A stretch of 64,000 nt of DNA from an uncultured Gammaproteobacteria bacterium (GTDB lineage Bacteria > Patescibacteriota > Patescibacteriia > UBA11705 > JABHMO01), in contig CAZMEQ010000005.1 of NCBI GenBank assembly GCA_964565345.1, positions 275-64,274 on the forward strand, written 5' to 3'. The position numbers and the translations under genes were made by a program. Below, piece by piece: positions 39,689 through 50,141 of the stretch (positions are counted from its first letter, which is position 1; each line of letters starts with the position of its first letter). Below the pieces are notes generated by a model, which ran no database searches, was not told the origin of the DNA, and saw nothing but the letters and a program-made list of their open reading frames with translations.

Positions 39689-40960
39689 TTATTTCTTGAT
39701 TATTTTTTCCTGATTGTCCATATATGGGCGTAAGACTTCTGGAATTGTAATGCTACCATCCGCATTTTGATTTAATTCCAGTAGAGGAATCAATATTCTT
39801 GGTGTAGCAACGAGCGTATTGTTCAATGTATGGCAAAAATTAATTTTTCCTTCTTGATCTTTATATCTTAAATTCAACCTACGAGCCTGAAAATCATGTA
39901 AATTAGAACACGAGTGCGTTTCTCCGTAGCTTTTTCGGCTAGGCATCCAGCATTCAAAATCATACATTTGATATTTTCCTCGCCCCATATCCCCTGTACA
40001 AATATTTAGTACACGATAAGGCAACTTTAACGAAGCTAAAAATTCTTCAACATTAAGAACTAACTCGTCAAACATAGCTTGGCTTTGCTCCGGCTCTCCA
40101 GGACAGATTATAAATTGTTCTACTTTATTAAACTGATGTACACGATAAACGCCAGAAGTATCTTTGCCATATGTACCCGCTTCTCTTCTAAAACAAGTAG
40201 AAATACCAGCTAGTCGATAAGGCATCTTTGTTAGATCAAGAATTTCGTTTGCATAATAAGCTCCAAGCGCTACTTCTGATGTACCGACCAAAAATTTACC
40301 GTCTTTCTCCAGTTCATAAATTTGGTCTTCGGAACCAGGGAAAAAACCAGTTCCTTCGAGTGCAAAACGATCTACTATTACAGGGACATACATGAGTGTA
40401 TAATTTTTTCTACAAATAAAATCCTGGGAATATTTAAGTAGGGCTTGTTCAAGTCTTGCCCCATCACCCTTAAGGATGTATGAACGTGATCCACCTATTT
40501 TGACACCACGCTCGATATCAATAATATCTAAATCTCGACTTAACTCAACATGATCCTTCGGAGTAAATTCGAATTGCCTGATTGCTCCCACTTCTCGGAT
40601 AGACATGTTTTCGTTTTCATCTGTGCCCACAGGCGTCTCCGGGTGGACATACATCGGGACTTGAAGCATTAGGGCTTTCCAATCATCTACTATAGGCTTT
40701 AATTCTGCCTCCAATTTCTCCTGAGCATCATCAACCTCCTTCATTCGCGTTAAAGCTAATTCTCTGTCCTGGCCACTCAGTTTTGGAATTTCTTTAGAAG
40801 CTTGGTTCTTTTTTTGTCTTAACTCTTCAATTTTCTGGGATACTTTCTTTTTTTGCTCATCAATACTTAGAAGCTTGTCTATATCTATCCTGATATTCTT
40901 CTGACCAGCTACTTTTTGAATCAATTCACGATTTTCTTTAATAAATTTTATGTCAAGCAT
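39689..40960 (-). CDS. serS: serine--tRNA ligase
   Basis: N-terminal coiled-coil arm MLDIKFIKENRELIQ and class II aaRS core. Confidence 0.9.
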   Translation of the reverse strand: MLDIKFIKENRELIQKVAGQKNIRIDIDKLLSIDEQKKKVSQKIEELRQKKNQASKEIPKLSGQDRELALTRMKEVDDAQEKLEAELKPIVDDWKALMLQVPMYVHPETPVGTDENENMSIREVGAIRQFEFTPKDHVELSRDLDIIDIERGVKIGGSRSYILKGDGARLEQALLKYSQDFICRKNYTLMYVPVIVDRFALEGTGFFPGSEDQIYELEKDGKFLVGTSEVALGAYYANEILDLTKMPYRLAGISTCFRREAGTYGKDTSGVYRVHQFNKVEQFIICPGEPEQSQAMFDELVLNVEEFLASLKLPYRVLNICTGDMGRGKYQMYDFECWMPSRKSYGETHSCSNLHDFQARRLNLRYKDQEGKINFCHTLNNTLVATPRILIPLLELNQNADGSITIPEVLRPYMDNQEKIIKK

Positions 40961-41089
40961 ATATTTAAAAATTTAATTTTGTCTTACAAAATTTTTTAAT
41001 CCCCCAACGGGGAGATTTTTATATGATTTTTAATGTATTTAACCATAATCAATATAATTTTACACAAAAAGAGACATTAATTCAACTTA

Positions 41090-41118
41090 TTGACAAAAGC
41101 AACAAAAATTAATAATAT
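41090..41118 (+). promoter_or_regulatory. sigma70-type promoter TTGACA-17-TAATAT
   Basis: ttgacaaaagcaacaaaaattaataatat; 40 nt upstream of the 41158 ATG, which has an AGGGAGG SD. Confidence 0.5.
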
Positions 41119-41157
41119 AATCTGTCCTGGCTAAGAACTTAAACTAGGGAGGCTTTA

Positions 41158-41355
41158 ATGGAGCCAATCGCTGTTTTTGCTCTCTTGACTGCCAACTTTC
41201 TGCTGGGGGAAATAACCGCCCGTGTGGTCAGAAAGACCCCGGAACTAGCTGACCGTGTGTGGGAGAATGACTACATTCTCTACCGCTTCACCGGACTACT
41301 CATCTTCCCCGTCATGTTGAACGAACTGCGCAAGTTGCGGACATCACCGTGCTAG
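41158..41355 (+). CDS. small hydrophobic peptide (65 aa), GC-elevated
   Basis: ATG with AGGGAGG SD, two hydrophobic segments, followed by a terminator; about 53% GC versus 33% in flanks. Confidence 0.35.
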   Translation: MEPIAVFALLTANFLLGEITARVVRKTPELADRVWENDYILYRFTGLLIFPVMLNELRKLRTSPC

Positions 41356-41360
41356 CCAGT

Positions 41361-41395
41361 GCGAGACTCACAACAACGTGCGTCTCGCTTTTTTT
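41361..41395 (+). terminator. rho-independent terminator
   Basis: GCGAGAC-N14-GTCTCGC followed by TTTTTTT. Confidence 0.6.
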
Positions 41396-41448
41396 ATAAG
41401 AATATCACCCTTTTTTACCTTGGGTGATATTCATCTTGAACAAATTTA

Positions 41449-42939
41449 TTATTCAGTATCATTATTAACTTCTCTTGGTTTCATCAATGGGAACAGAACT
41501 ACATCTCTTAGATTTTCTTGCCCCGTGAGCAAGGTGATAATTCTATCAACGCCCATTCCCCAACCAGAAATCGGAGGCATGCCATGCTTCATGGCCATAA
41601 TATATTCGGGGTCTCCCTCCATAGTTTCATCATCACCACCATCCTTTAATTTTGTTTGTTCTGCAAAGCGCTGTTCTTGATCGATTGGATCAACTAACTC
41701 TGAATAGGCTTTTACTACCTCCCAACCGTTAATGACAAGCTGAAATTGATCAACTATATCCTTGTTTTCGTCGTTTCGACGCGCTAATGGTTGCAATTCA
41801 ATTGGATAATAATACAAAAATGCTGGGCCTGTAATTTTAGGTCTCGAAACCTTTTTATAGAGGTTATCAACAATCGTGGCATAGCCCATTTCTTTGATAC
41901 CTTCCAGCTGGATGCCTTTTTCAGCTATTTTCTTAATCAAATCATTGCGCGTCCTAACCTTAGTAATATCAATTCCTGAATCCTTTTCTATTAATTCAAT
42001 GTAATTTATCCGCTCAAACGGTGTGGAGAAGTCAACTTCACGCTCCTGCCCTTCCTTGTCTTTAATCTTTATTTTATTAGGGAGATTTAGCTTTTTAAAA
42101 AGATAATTAAACATTTCTTCCGTAAAGCGCATATTATCTTCGTAATTCCAATAAGCACAATAATGTTCTAAGTGGGTATGCTCTGGCAAGTGTGAAGGAT
42201 CGTGCCCTTCATTTCTAAAAGCTTTGCCAAGCTCAAATATTTTCTCAAAGCCACCAACAATAAGTTCTTTCAAAGGTAATTCGTGTGAAATACGTAAATA
42301 GACATCGATATCCAAGGCATTATTATGCGTTTTGTATGGCTGGGCATGTGCTCCCGTCGCTTTATGTAATAACGTTTGTGTTTCTACTTCCATAAAACCC
42401 TGGGACCAATAAAATTCACGTAAAGCTTTTATAAAGTTGCTACGGAACTGAAAACGGGCCATAGTTTCTTCGTTTGATATCAAATCTAAATATCGTTGAC
42501 GATACGCTGTTTCCCTATCCCTTAAACCATGCCATTTTTCTGGCAAAGCTCTTAAAGCCTTGCCCAAAAAGGTCCATTTACTTACCAAGATCGTTTTTTC
42601 TCCCTTGTGTGTTACAAAAAGTTCACCTTCTACTCCCAGAAAATCACCCAGATCAATCGCTTTTAATAAAGTTTTATAATTGTCCTTACCCAGATCATCA
42701 GCCTTAAAGGCAACTTGCATTTTGCCGGAAATATCCTGTAAGTGAGCAAAGGTTAATTTACCCATATCCCGGAACATAATCAGTCGGCCGGCTGTTTCAA
42801 CCTTAGCCCCCTCATTTAGATCAAGACACTCAGCCAAGCTTTGCTTCTTATCAAACTTTTCTGGGTATGCTTGAATTCCCAGTTCGGCCAATTGATTTAG
42901 TTTTTGTAGGCGTATTTGTTCTTCGTTAGATTCACTCAT
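41449..42939 (-). CDS. lysS: lysine--tRNA ligase (class II)
   Basis: OB anticodon-binding domain plus class II motifs. ORF-track frame reaches 43011 on a GTG; the first ATG (42939, MSESNEEQIRL) lies just after a GreA terminator-like hairpin. Confidence 0.85.
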   Translation of the reverse strand: MSESNEEQIRLQKLNQLAELGIQAYPEKFDKKQSLAECLDLNEGAKVETAGRLIMFRDMGKLTFAHLQDISGKMQVAFKADDLGKDNYKTLLKAIDLGDFLGVEGELFVTHKGEKTILVSKWTFLGKALRALPEKWHGLRDRETAYRQRYLDLISNEETMARFQFRSNFIKALREFYWSQGFMEVETQTLLHKATGAHAQPYKTHNNALDIDVYLRISHELPLKELIVGGFEKIFELGKAFRNEGHDPSHLPEHTHLEHYCAYWNYEDNMRFTEEMFNYLFKKLNLPNKIKIKDKEGQEREVDFSTPFERINYIELIEKDSGIDITKVRTRNDLIKKIAEKGIQLEGIKEMGYATIVDNLYKKVSRPKITGPAFLYYYPIELQPLARRNDENKDIVDQFQLVINGWEVVKAYSELVDPIDQEQRFAEQTKLKDGGDDETMEGDPEYIMAMKHGMPPISGWGMGVDRIITLLTGQENLRDVVLFPLMKPREVNNDTE

Positions 42940-43025
42940 ATTATTGTAATTAATGATTAAATTATAGCTTATTTTATATAAAAAGCAAAGGAGCGCGCTT
43001 TTTAGACGCACTCCTTAAAATGACC

Positions 43026-43490
43026 TTATAAAATTTCTATGACTTGATAAACAACCTTACCCCGTGGTGCAGTGAACTCGACATCCTCACCCTTTTTTGC
43101 GTTCATAAACGCCTGCCCTATTGGCGAATCAACTGAAATTTTACCTTCAGCTGGGGCAGCCTCATTAAAACCAACTATAATAAATTCCTTTTTATTCCCT
43201 GTGGCATCTTTCACTAAAAAGCGTGAACCAACCGAAATTTTATCTTTTGTTTGAGCCTGATCATTGATTACTGCTCGCTTAAAAACTTCTTCAATTTCTA
43301 AAATACGTGCTTCAATACGTCCTTGTTGATCCTTGGCATCGTGATATTCAGCGTTTTCGGATAAATCACCCAATTCTTTAGCTTGTTCAATTTTCTCGAT
43401 AATTTCTGGTCGCTTTTGTTCTTTTAAAACTTTAAGTTCTTCTTCTAATTTAATGCGTCCTTCATCTGTCAAAATTATTGGTGCCGTCAT
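43026..43490 (-). CDS. greA: transcription elongation factor GreA
   Basis: N-terminal coiled coil and C-terminal FKBP-like domain; 154 aa. Confidence 0.9.
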   Translation of the reverse strand: MTAPIILTDEGRIKLEEELKVLKEQKRPEIIEKIEQAKELGDLSENAEYHDAKDQQGRIEARILEIEEVFKRAVINDQAQTKDKISVGSRFLVKDATGNKKEFIIVGFNEAAPAEGKISVDSPIGQAFMNAKKGEDVEFTAPRGKVVYQVIEIL

Positions 43491-43587
43491 AATTACTAAT
43501 TAAATACAGGCCTATTCGACCTGGTTATTGTTTATAATATAAATATAACAAACCATTAATCAAAGTCAAGTTATCCACAATTTTAAA

Positions 43588-45618
43588 TTAGTGCCTTTTA
43601 TATTCTCGAAAATACCAACTCAAAAACTCACTAACAATTTGTGCTGTAATCTTACTACCCTCTTCTCCCTCCTCGACTAAAACCATAATAGAAAGTTCTG
43701 GTTCACTGTAAGGCGCAAAAGCCACAAACCATGCATGAGCTGGTTTATCTAATTGCCATTGCGCTGTACCAGTTTTTGCCCCTGAGCTAACCGGCAAAGA
43801 GTTCAAAATTCTGGCACTCCCGCTACGAACAGCTTGTTGCATCCCCTGACGAACTAATTCTATATTATTTTCTTTTATAAAATTTTCGTGCAAAATTTCT
43901 GTCTTGATTTCTACTTTTTCGCCATTATTCTGATCAATATAATGATTTATTAATTGCGGTTTATAAAGTATCCCTCCATTTGCAAACACATTAACATAGT
44001 TAGCGACTTGAATAGGCGTGACAAGAAGATCTCCCTGCCCTATCGCCAAATGATATGTATCTCCGATATACCATGGCTCGCCTTTTGTTGTTTCTTTCCA
44101 TTCAGGTGTAGGTAAAAAACCGGTTTTTTCGTTTGGCAATTCTACGCCAGTTATTTTGTTTAATCCAAATCTTTCAAGATATTCCTTAATTTTGTAGACC
44201 CCTAAGCCAGGTTGTTGACCATAACCGCCTCCAATTATATAAAAGAACGTGTTTACTGATTGGGCAATAGCCTTTTTAACGTCCGTTAAACCGTGGCCAC
44301 CAGCCTGCCAGTCCGGGAAAAACCATTGTCCTATCCTGATGCCACCCACGCTCATAAAACTGGTTGCAGCTGTTATTATTCCCTCTTCTAAGGCTGAAGC
44401 GGCCATAACTGGCTTTATGGTAGACCCAGATGGATATTCCCCACTTATACTTCTATTAAAAAGAGGCTTATTGGGATCATTTATTAAAGCCTGATAATCA
44501 TTTTGGCTTATCCCCCCCGAAAACAAATTATTATCATAGCCAGGTAAACTTATTAGTGTTTTAATCGCCCCGTTATTAGGATCCATAACTATGGCTGAGG
44601 CTCGTTTTTTACCAGACTTAGATAAATATGAACTTATAATTGATTCCAACCTCTCTTGCATTACTAAATCAATATTCAAAACTACGCTGTCGCCTTTTTC
44701 AACTTTTTCTTGGGCGATTATTTTTATAGCCTGCCCTGACGAATCAACCTCGACCTGCTCCTTTCCATAAACACCGCGTAAAATCTTTTCCAAACTTAAC
44801 TCAAGTCCCGTTTTCCCAATATTATCATTAAATAAATAGCCATATTTTTTTTGTTCTTCATACTCGGAGGCACTAACTTTACCTTCATAACCCAGTATAT
44901 GGCCCAGGCTGTATATCAATTTATTGTTTTTAGTATTTAAATACTCTCGCTTTGATTGAATTTCGATATTCACTCCTTGATAATCAAAACTCTCAATTTG
45001 CATTTTTAGTGCGAGTTCGTAATCAATATTTTCAGCTATTAATCTAGGCTCGGAATATTCTTTCTGTTTTTTATTTACTGCTAAGGCCTGCTGAAGACTT
45101 TCATTATCAGGATCGATGTTTAAATTCTGCTTAAGCCATATATAAACTCGATCCGGGTTATCCTCACTCGAAAAAAATATATTTGGCGTTATATACAAGG
45201 AAAAACTAGGGATATTACGCACTAAGGGAGTCCCATTTATATCATAAATTATGCCACGCGGGGCCGGTAGATTATAGATTCTAATTCTATTATTTTCGGC
45301 AACTGACCTATAATAGGCTCCATTAACCACTTGTAGTTGTATAGCACGAGACATTAAAATTAGCAGACCCAACAATAGTGTAATCCAAAAAAGCCAAATT
45401 CTATATGGGGCCAACGCTATCCCTAAATAATTCTGTTTTGTACTGACTAAATCTGCCTCAGAATAATTGATAAAGGTGTCTTCAACCCAGACACTACGAT
45501 TTCTTTTTTTTAAATCAGAGCTCTTTATTTTAAAGTAACCACCCGCAAAACCGATCTCTTGTCCCATTTTGCTCTCTTTGGGTGCTTTGACAAATCTTTT
45601 TTTTATATATGCCCACAT
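43588..45618 (-). CDS. mrdA: penicillin-binding protein 2 (transpeptidase)
   Basis: SGSTIKP (SxxK), SGN-like and KTGTA motifs; adjacent to mreD. ORF-track start 45639 is TTG; the first ATG is 45618. Confidence 0.8.
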   Translation of the reverse strand: MWAYIKKRFVKAPKESKMGQEIGFAGGYFKIKSSDLKKRNRSVWVEDTFINYSEADLVSTKQNYLGIALAPYRIWLFWITLLLGLLILMSRAIQLQVVNGAYYRSVAENNRIRIYNLPAPRGIIYDINGTPLVRNIPSFSLYITPNIFFSSEDNPDRVYIWLKQNLNIDPDNESLQQALAVNKKQKEYSEPRLIAENIDYELALKMQIESFDYQGVNIEIQSKREYLNTKNNKLIYSLGHILGYEGKVSASEYEEQKKYGYLFNDNIGKTGLELSLEKILRGVYGKEQVEVDSSGQAIKIIAQEKVEKGDSVVLNIDLVMQERLESIISSYLSKSGKKRASAIVMDPNNGAIKTLISLPGYDNNLFSGGISQNDYQALINDPNKPLFNRSISGEYPSGSTIKPVMAASALEEGIITAATSFMSVGGIRIGQWFFPDWQAGGHGLTDVKKAIAQSVNTFFYIIGGGYGQQPGLGVYKIKEYLERFGLNKITGVELPNEKTGFLPTPEWKETTKGEPWYIGDTYHLAIGQGDLLVTPIQVANYVNVFANGGILYKPQLINHYIDQNNGEKVEIKTEILHENFIKENNIELVRQGMQQAVRSGSARILNSLPVSSGAKTGTAQWQLDKPAHAWFVAFAPYSEPELSIMVLVEEGEEGSKITAQIVSEFLSWYFREYKRH

Positions 45619-45619
45619 A

Positions 45620-46162
45620 TCAATTTTTTGTTGTATCAATAAAAACTGCCTTAAATTGCTTACTACTAAAATTGAAAATAAAAAAAAGAACTAAAGTCAA
45701 TACAAGATTCAATATCAACTGCCAAGCAAAATTATTAATATTTACGAGCGTGAAGCCTTTTATCAAGGAAAAATCTTTTGTTTCGATAAAAATATTACTC
45801 ACCTGAACTAGATAAAACGCCAAAAAGAGGAAAATCGTAGCCGACAAAACCAACCCCATCAAACTATAAAGAGACTTATTCGTTAAAAGTTTACGCGAGA
45901 TTAAATATACCAAATATAGTGTTAATAAAAAACAGACGACGTTAACGCCAAATATTGAAGGTGAATACAAATCGAGTAAAAAGCCAAGAATAAGGGCATA
46001 AATTACACCATAATAAAAATGATATGCAACTGAGACAAAAACTATAGTGGCCAGAACAACATTCATATTCATAAATATCTGTCCCCAATTCGGGAAAATA
46101 GCCACTTGGAGTAACATGACCAGCACTATAACCAGGGCATTTTTTAGTATTTTTAAAATCAT
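45620..46162 (-). CDS. mreD: rod shape-determining protein MreD
   Basis: 180-aa polytopic membrane protein directly downstream of mreC. Confidence 0.6.
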   Translation of the reverse strand: MILKILKNALVIVLVMLLQVAIFPNWGQIFMNMNVVLATIVFVSVAYHFYYGVIYALILGFLLDLYSPSIFGVNVVCFLLTLYLVYLISRKLLTNKSLYSLMGLVLSATIFLFLAFYLVQVSNIFIETKDFSLIKGFTLVNINNFAWQLILNLVLTLVLFFIFNFSSKQFKAVFIDTTKN

Positions 46163-46965
46163 TTGTTTTTAACTATGTTAACCATAGTTATTTTACTGAA
46201 ATCAATCGGAGATTTAATCGTTGCTTCATGAAAAAGTGCTTCTGGCTCTTTCTTTATTCTTTCAATTTGTCCAACAACAAGATTAGCCGGAACATTTTCT
46301 TCTATGCCCGAAGTAACAACCAAATCACCCTCAAATACTATTTCATTTTGTGGTATAAAACCCATTTTTAAGCCTAGACCAAACTCCCCTTCAACAACAC
46401 CCATAGTTTTCGTCCTACCCTGAATTTTTACGGCAATACGCGATAGATCATCATTAATAAGAGTCATCAAGCTCCTATTGTTTTCTACCTTACTAATTTT
46501 TCCCACAACAATTCCAGCTGCACCCAAAACTGGCTGACCAACAACTAACCCACTCTGCGTTCCAACATCCAGCAATAGCGAGTTCGGTTTCCCGCCTATA
46601 TTTTTGCCAATTACATTCGCTATAACAAACTCATAAGACATTGTTTGTGAAAACTTAAGTTGTTCTCGTAAAAACTCGTTTTCTTCCTTTTCATTTTCAA
46701 AATAACTTTTTTCTTTTAAAAGAATAGCAATCTGATCTTTTAACTCCTTATTCTCTCGTAATAAGTCTTGCTTGCTTCGAAAACTCAAATAATTATCTCC
46801 GATTTTATTGGAGAGAGAATATGTAAGTCTCATTACCGGCTTAGTTAAATAAACTATGCCCCGTTCTAAAGGAGATAAAACGCGGATAAAGTGCAAAAAT
46901 AAAATTAACAAAACAATAGAAACTATTAAAATTACAACTTTTATTGGTTGTGATGTCCTTGGCAT
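46159..46965 (-). CDS. mreC: rod shape-determining protein MreC
   Basis: N-terminal TM, coiled coil, then beta-rich periplasmic domain; mreB-mreC-mreD order. Confidence 0.8.
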   Translation of the reverse strand: MPRTSQPIKVVILIVSIVLLILFLHFIRVLSPLERGIVYLTKPVMRLTYSLSNKIGDNYLSFRSKQDLLRENKELKDQIAILLKEKSYFENEKEENEFLREQLKFSQTMSYEFVIANVIGKNIGGKPNSLLLDVGTQSGLVVGQPVLGAAGIVVGKISKVENNRSLMTLINDDLSRIAVKIQGRTKTMGVVEGEFGLGLKMGFIPQNEIVFEGDLVVTSGIEENVPANLVVGQIERIKKEPEALFHEATIKSPIDFSKITMVNIVKNK

Positions 46966-46966
46966 A

Positions 46967-48022
46967 TTATCTAACCATTTTCTCTTCGTTAGCAGATGGC
47001 AGCAAGATGTCGTTTAATAATTTTTCGTCATCGAGTAAAACCATAAGACCTCTTATTGTACAGGTAGTAGGATCATCAGCGACACGGACTGGAATCTCTG
47101 TCTCTTTTGAAATGATTTTATCAATGCCCCGTAAAAGAGCGCCACCACCACAAAGAACAATGCCTCTTTCAAAAATATCAGCGACAAGCTCAGGTGGTGT
47201 TAATTCTAGAACGCTTTTTATGGCGTCTATAATACTATGGATGGAGTTCGCCAATGCTTCGCGTACCTGATAATCAGTTATCATAATCTCACGTGGCAAG
47301 CCACTTATTAAATCGCGTCCACGCATCTCTACCGAAAGAGACTCACCTAACTCGAACGCTGAACCGATCTTTTTCTTGATTTCATCTGCATTTTTTTCAC
47401 CAATCAACAGGTTAAACCTATCACGCGCATACTGAATAATGTTTTTGTTCAGTTCTTCTCCTGCAATTTTCATTGTTTTGGAAATAACAACTCCATGCAA
47501 AGAGATAACTGCAATTTCTGTTTTGCCTCCGCCCAAATTAATAATCATACTTCCAGAAGCATCATTAATGGGTAAACGCGCACCAATAGCAGCCGACATA
47601 ACCTCTTCAACCAAGAACACCTTACCTGCCCCAGCCCCAAGAGCGGCATCTTCTACCGCCTTTTTTTCTACCTCTGTGACATCCAGAGGGATGCTAATAA
47701 CAACAGAAGGTCGAGCTGTAAAGTTGAAGTTTTCTTGAAAAATTTTATCAAAAAAATATTTGAACATTTTTTCTGTTACTTCGAAGTCAGAAATAACGCC
47801 ATTTATTAAAGGGTAGGCTAAAGTTATGTAGCGTGGGTTTTTCCCCACCATCTTGCTGGCCTCCTCCCCCACAGCAATAATTTGATCTAAACGATTATTA
47901 ATAGCCACAACTGATGGCTCTGAAATAACAATCCCCTTATCTTGGAGTGCGATTGTCGTATTAGATGTGCCCAAATCAATACCAATCTTTTTTGAGAATC
48001 TGTTTAATAAGCCTCTAAGCAT
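46967..48022 (-). CDS. mreB: rod shape-determining protein MreB
   Basis: Actin-fold motifs GIDLGTSNT and DLGGGTT-like INLGGGKTE. Confidence 0.9.
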   Translation of the reverse strand: MLRGLLNRFSKKIGIDLGTSNTTIALQDKGIVISEPSVVAINNRLDQIIAVGEEASKMVGKNPRYITLAYPLINGVISDFEVTEKMFKYFFDKIFQENFNFTARPSVVISIPLDVTEVEKKAVEDAALGAGAGKVFLVEEVMSAAIGARLPINDASGSMIINLGGGKTEIAVISLHGVVISKTMKIAGEELNKNIIQYARDRFNLLIGEKNADEIKKKIGSAFELGESLSVEMRGRDLISGLPREIMITDYQVREALANSIHSIIDAIKSVLELTPPELVADIFERGIVLCGGGALLRGIDKIISKETEIPVRVADDPTTCTIRGLMVLLDDEKLLNDILLPSANEEKMVR

Positions 48023-48071
48023 ATATTTATAAAATAAAAATCAATAACTTAAGTTAATTTGATTTTTATTT

Positions 48072-49298
48072 TTATTTTATTATTTTTTTGATTATTCCAG
48101 TGCGCGCAACTAGTTCGGGTGTTTTCTCAGAACGTTGTTTACATTCCACCACATCTTGGGCCAATGTCTTGGTGCTGACGACCAACCGTTTTGGTAAACC
48201 AATTAAATCGCTATCTTTTAATTTTACACCCGCACTTAAGTCTCTATCATCAAAGAGTACCTCCACTCCGGCTTGTTGCAACTCCCTATATAATGCCTCA
48301 GCGGCTTGTTTTACTTCTGGTTCTGGGCCCAAATTCAATAAATGGATTTCGAAAGGCGCTACAGCTTCAGGCCAAATAAGCCCCACCGAATCTTGGTGAA
48401 TCTCGGCAATAGTTCCAACTATACGCGATGGACCGATCCCATAACACCCCATTTGGACATCGCTTTCCTGACCAGCCTCGTTGCTATATTTAAAACCAAA
48501 CGCCGTTGAGTATTTTGTTTTCAATTTAAAGATGTTGCCGACCTCAATCGCTTTATTAATTTCCCATTTTTGTCCGCACTCGCAATTTTCGGACTCTATG
48601 ATTTCTTTATTTCTGTGAATATTACATTTAGAGCAACTATAAACCAAATCTTCGCCGCTTTCAGTAAACACCTGAAATTCATGTGAGTATTTAGAAAAGG
48701 TCCCGCCGCTAGCTTCAACGATCTTGGCGTCTAAACCACAAGCATTAAAAATACGAACGTAAGCTTGCATGACAAGTTCATAATATTTATCTAAGTCTTC
48801 GATATCACGATGAAAGGAATACAGATCCTTCATGCTGAATTCGCGCCCACGCAATAAGCCCGATTTGGCTCTGGCCTCATTACGGAATTTATCTTGGATT
48901 TGATAAACAGCTCTGGGTAAATCTTTATAAGAGGAAACAAAACGCTGCAGCAAAGGTGTCACAATTTCTTCGTGTGTGGCTCCGAGTGCATATTCTTTGT
49001 CACCCATACCCTTGAGACGGAAAAGAACGTCTAAACCATCCCAACGGCCTGTTTTTTCCCAATTTTCTTTTGGAGTTAATGCGGGCATCAAAATTTCTTG
49101 CGCTCCCAAGGCGTCCATTTCTTTACGAATTATATTTTTAACTTTATTCAAAACTCGTAAACCTAAAGGCAAATAGGTATAAACACCAGCCATTAATTTA
49201 TCAACGTATCCAGCACGTATCAAAAGTTGCGCGTTCAAACTAGGCTCGTCCTTTGGCAATTCCTTAGTTGTGTGGCTAAAAAGTACGGACTGTCGCAT
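48072..49298 (-). CDS. proS: proline--tRNA ligase
   Basis: MRQSVLFSHTTKELPKDEP... aligns with the canonical ProS N-terminus. ORF-track extends to 49361, but that start would overlap the upstream gene; the ATG at 49298 is 4 nt after the upstream stop. Confidence 0.8.
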   Translation of the reverse strand: MRQSVLFSHTTKELPKDEPSLNAQLLIRAGYVDKLMAGVYTYLPLGLRVLNKVKNIIRKEMDALGAQEILMPALTPKENWEKTGRWDGLDVLFRLKGMGDKEYALGATHEEIVTPLLQRFVSSYKDLPRAVYQIQDKFRNEARAKSGLLRGREFSMKDLYSFHRDIEDLDKYYELVMQAYVRIFNACGLDAKIVEASGGTFSKYSHEFQVFTESGEDLVYSCSKCNIHRNKEIIESENCECGQKWEINKAIEVGNIFKLKTKYSTAFGFKYSNEAGQESDVQMGCYGIGPSRIVGTIAEIHQDSVGLIWPEAVAPFEIHLLNLGPEPEVKQAAEALYRELQQAGVEVLFDDRDLSAGVKLKDSDLIGLPKRLVVSTKTLAQDVVECKQRSEKTPELVARTGIIKKIIK

Positions 49299-49302
49299 AA
49301 TA

Positions 49303-49704
49303 TTACTTATTATATTTTTGATATGAAATTGAGAATAGTTCGACAAAACCAAGTAAGACAATTAAAACAGTTAAATTCCACCATGTTAAAAAGCGTTGAC
49401 TTTGGAGTAAAAGAGCAACCACAAGTAAAATAGTAAACAGAACCGCTTGTCGTGAAGCCACTTTAACATGTTTGTAGGGCAAATCATCTTTATTTAATAA
49501 TATTCGGATTAAATAACCAATAAAAGAAAAGGTGCCCAGCAAAGCTAAAATAAGACTAAAATAAAAAAGCAGTAAGGCCAAGAGACCACCACTTTGTGGC
49601 GTCATAAACATAAGAACAGCGCCCCAGGCCAACCAACACAACATTGTCCCCAACCCTAAAATCAAAAAAAATTTACCTACGCTCATATGATAGTATTCTA
49701 CCAT
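49303..49704 (-). CDS. hypothetical 4-TM membrane protein
   Basis: Four hydrophobic helices; first ATG 49704 (ORF-track TTG 49710). Confidence 0.4.
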   Translation of the reverse strand: MVEYYHMSVGKFFLILGLGTMLCWLAWGAVLMFMTPQSGGLLALLLFYFSLILALLGTFSFIGYLIRILLNKDDLPYKHVKVASRQAVLFTILLVVALLLQSQRFLTWWNLTVLIVLLGFVELFSISYQKYNK

Positions 49705-49774
49705 AATCAAGTAGTGTTTTCAACCTAAAAAAACACCCCGCCAACCGACTCGGTCGGTAGCAGGGTTTGACTTG

Positions 49775-50113
49775 TCAGGGACGCGGCGGGTAGTGCGTCG
49801 CACGTTGGCGAGTGTCCTCGATGGCCTCCGCCAGCTCGCCGAGATTGGTCGGCATCTTGGTAAGATTGCGGAAACGCACCGGGAGACGCAAGTTGCACCC
49901 CCCACAGCACAGGACCATATTCTGATCGGTGATCTTGTGGGGACGCATCGGTCCGCCACAGTACGGCTTGTGAAAAAGCCAGTACGGACCATCGATGGGA
50001 ATGGAGAGCCATTCCGCCTTCTGCTCACGACCGACCATGATCTCGAAGCTACCTTCGTCATCCGGAACATCCGGCAACATGCACTCGGCCACGACGACCC
50101 TATTCGATTCCAT
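49775..50113 (-). CDS. Cys-rich small protein (112 aa), hypothetical metal-binding
   Basis: ATG at 50113 preceded by AGGGAGG (5-nt spacer); motif PYCGGPMRPH...VLCCGGCNL; the competing plus-strand frame starts with TTG and is Arg-rich. Confidence 0.45.
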   Translation of the reverse strand: MESNRVVVAECMLPDVPDDEGSFEIMVGREQKAEWLSIPIDGPYWLFHKPYCGGPMRPHKITDQNMVLCCGGCNLRLPVRFRNLTKMPTNLGELAEAIEDTRQRATHYPPRP

Positions 50114-50125
50114 TGCAACCTCCCT

Positions 50126-50141
50126 GCGGTCTAAAGACCGC
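50126..50141. promoter_or_regulatory. perfect palindrome GCGGTCT-AA-AGACCGC upstream of the Cys-rich gene SD
   Basis: 7-bp inverted repeat with 2-bp spacer immediately 5' of the AGGGAGG SD; no T-run, so operator-like rather than terminator. Confidence 0.35.

Noticed and set aside
40961-41157. Possible T-box riboswitch or attenuator in the serS leader
   Set aside because: A hairpin (TCCCCCAACGGGGAGA plus T-run on the plus strand) exists, but the conserved T-box sequence (AATTAGGGTGGNACCGCG-like) is absent on the serS-sense strand. More likely it is the terminator/boundary for the oppositely oriented 65-aa ORF unit.
49772-50134. Plus-strand 120-aa ORF across mini-island B
   Set aside because: It starts with TTG, has no SD and an Arg-rich translation. 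The minus-strand frame has ATG plus AGGGAGG and a more protein-like composition.
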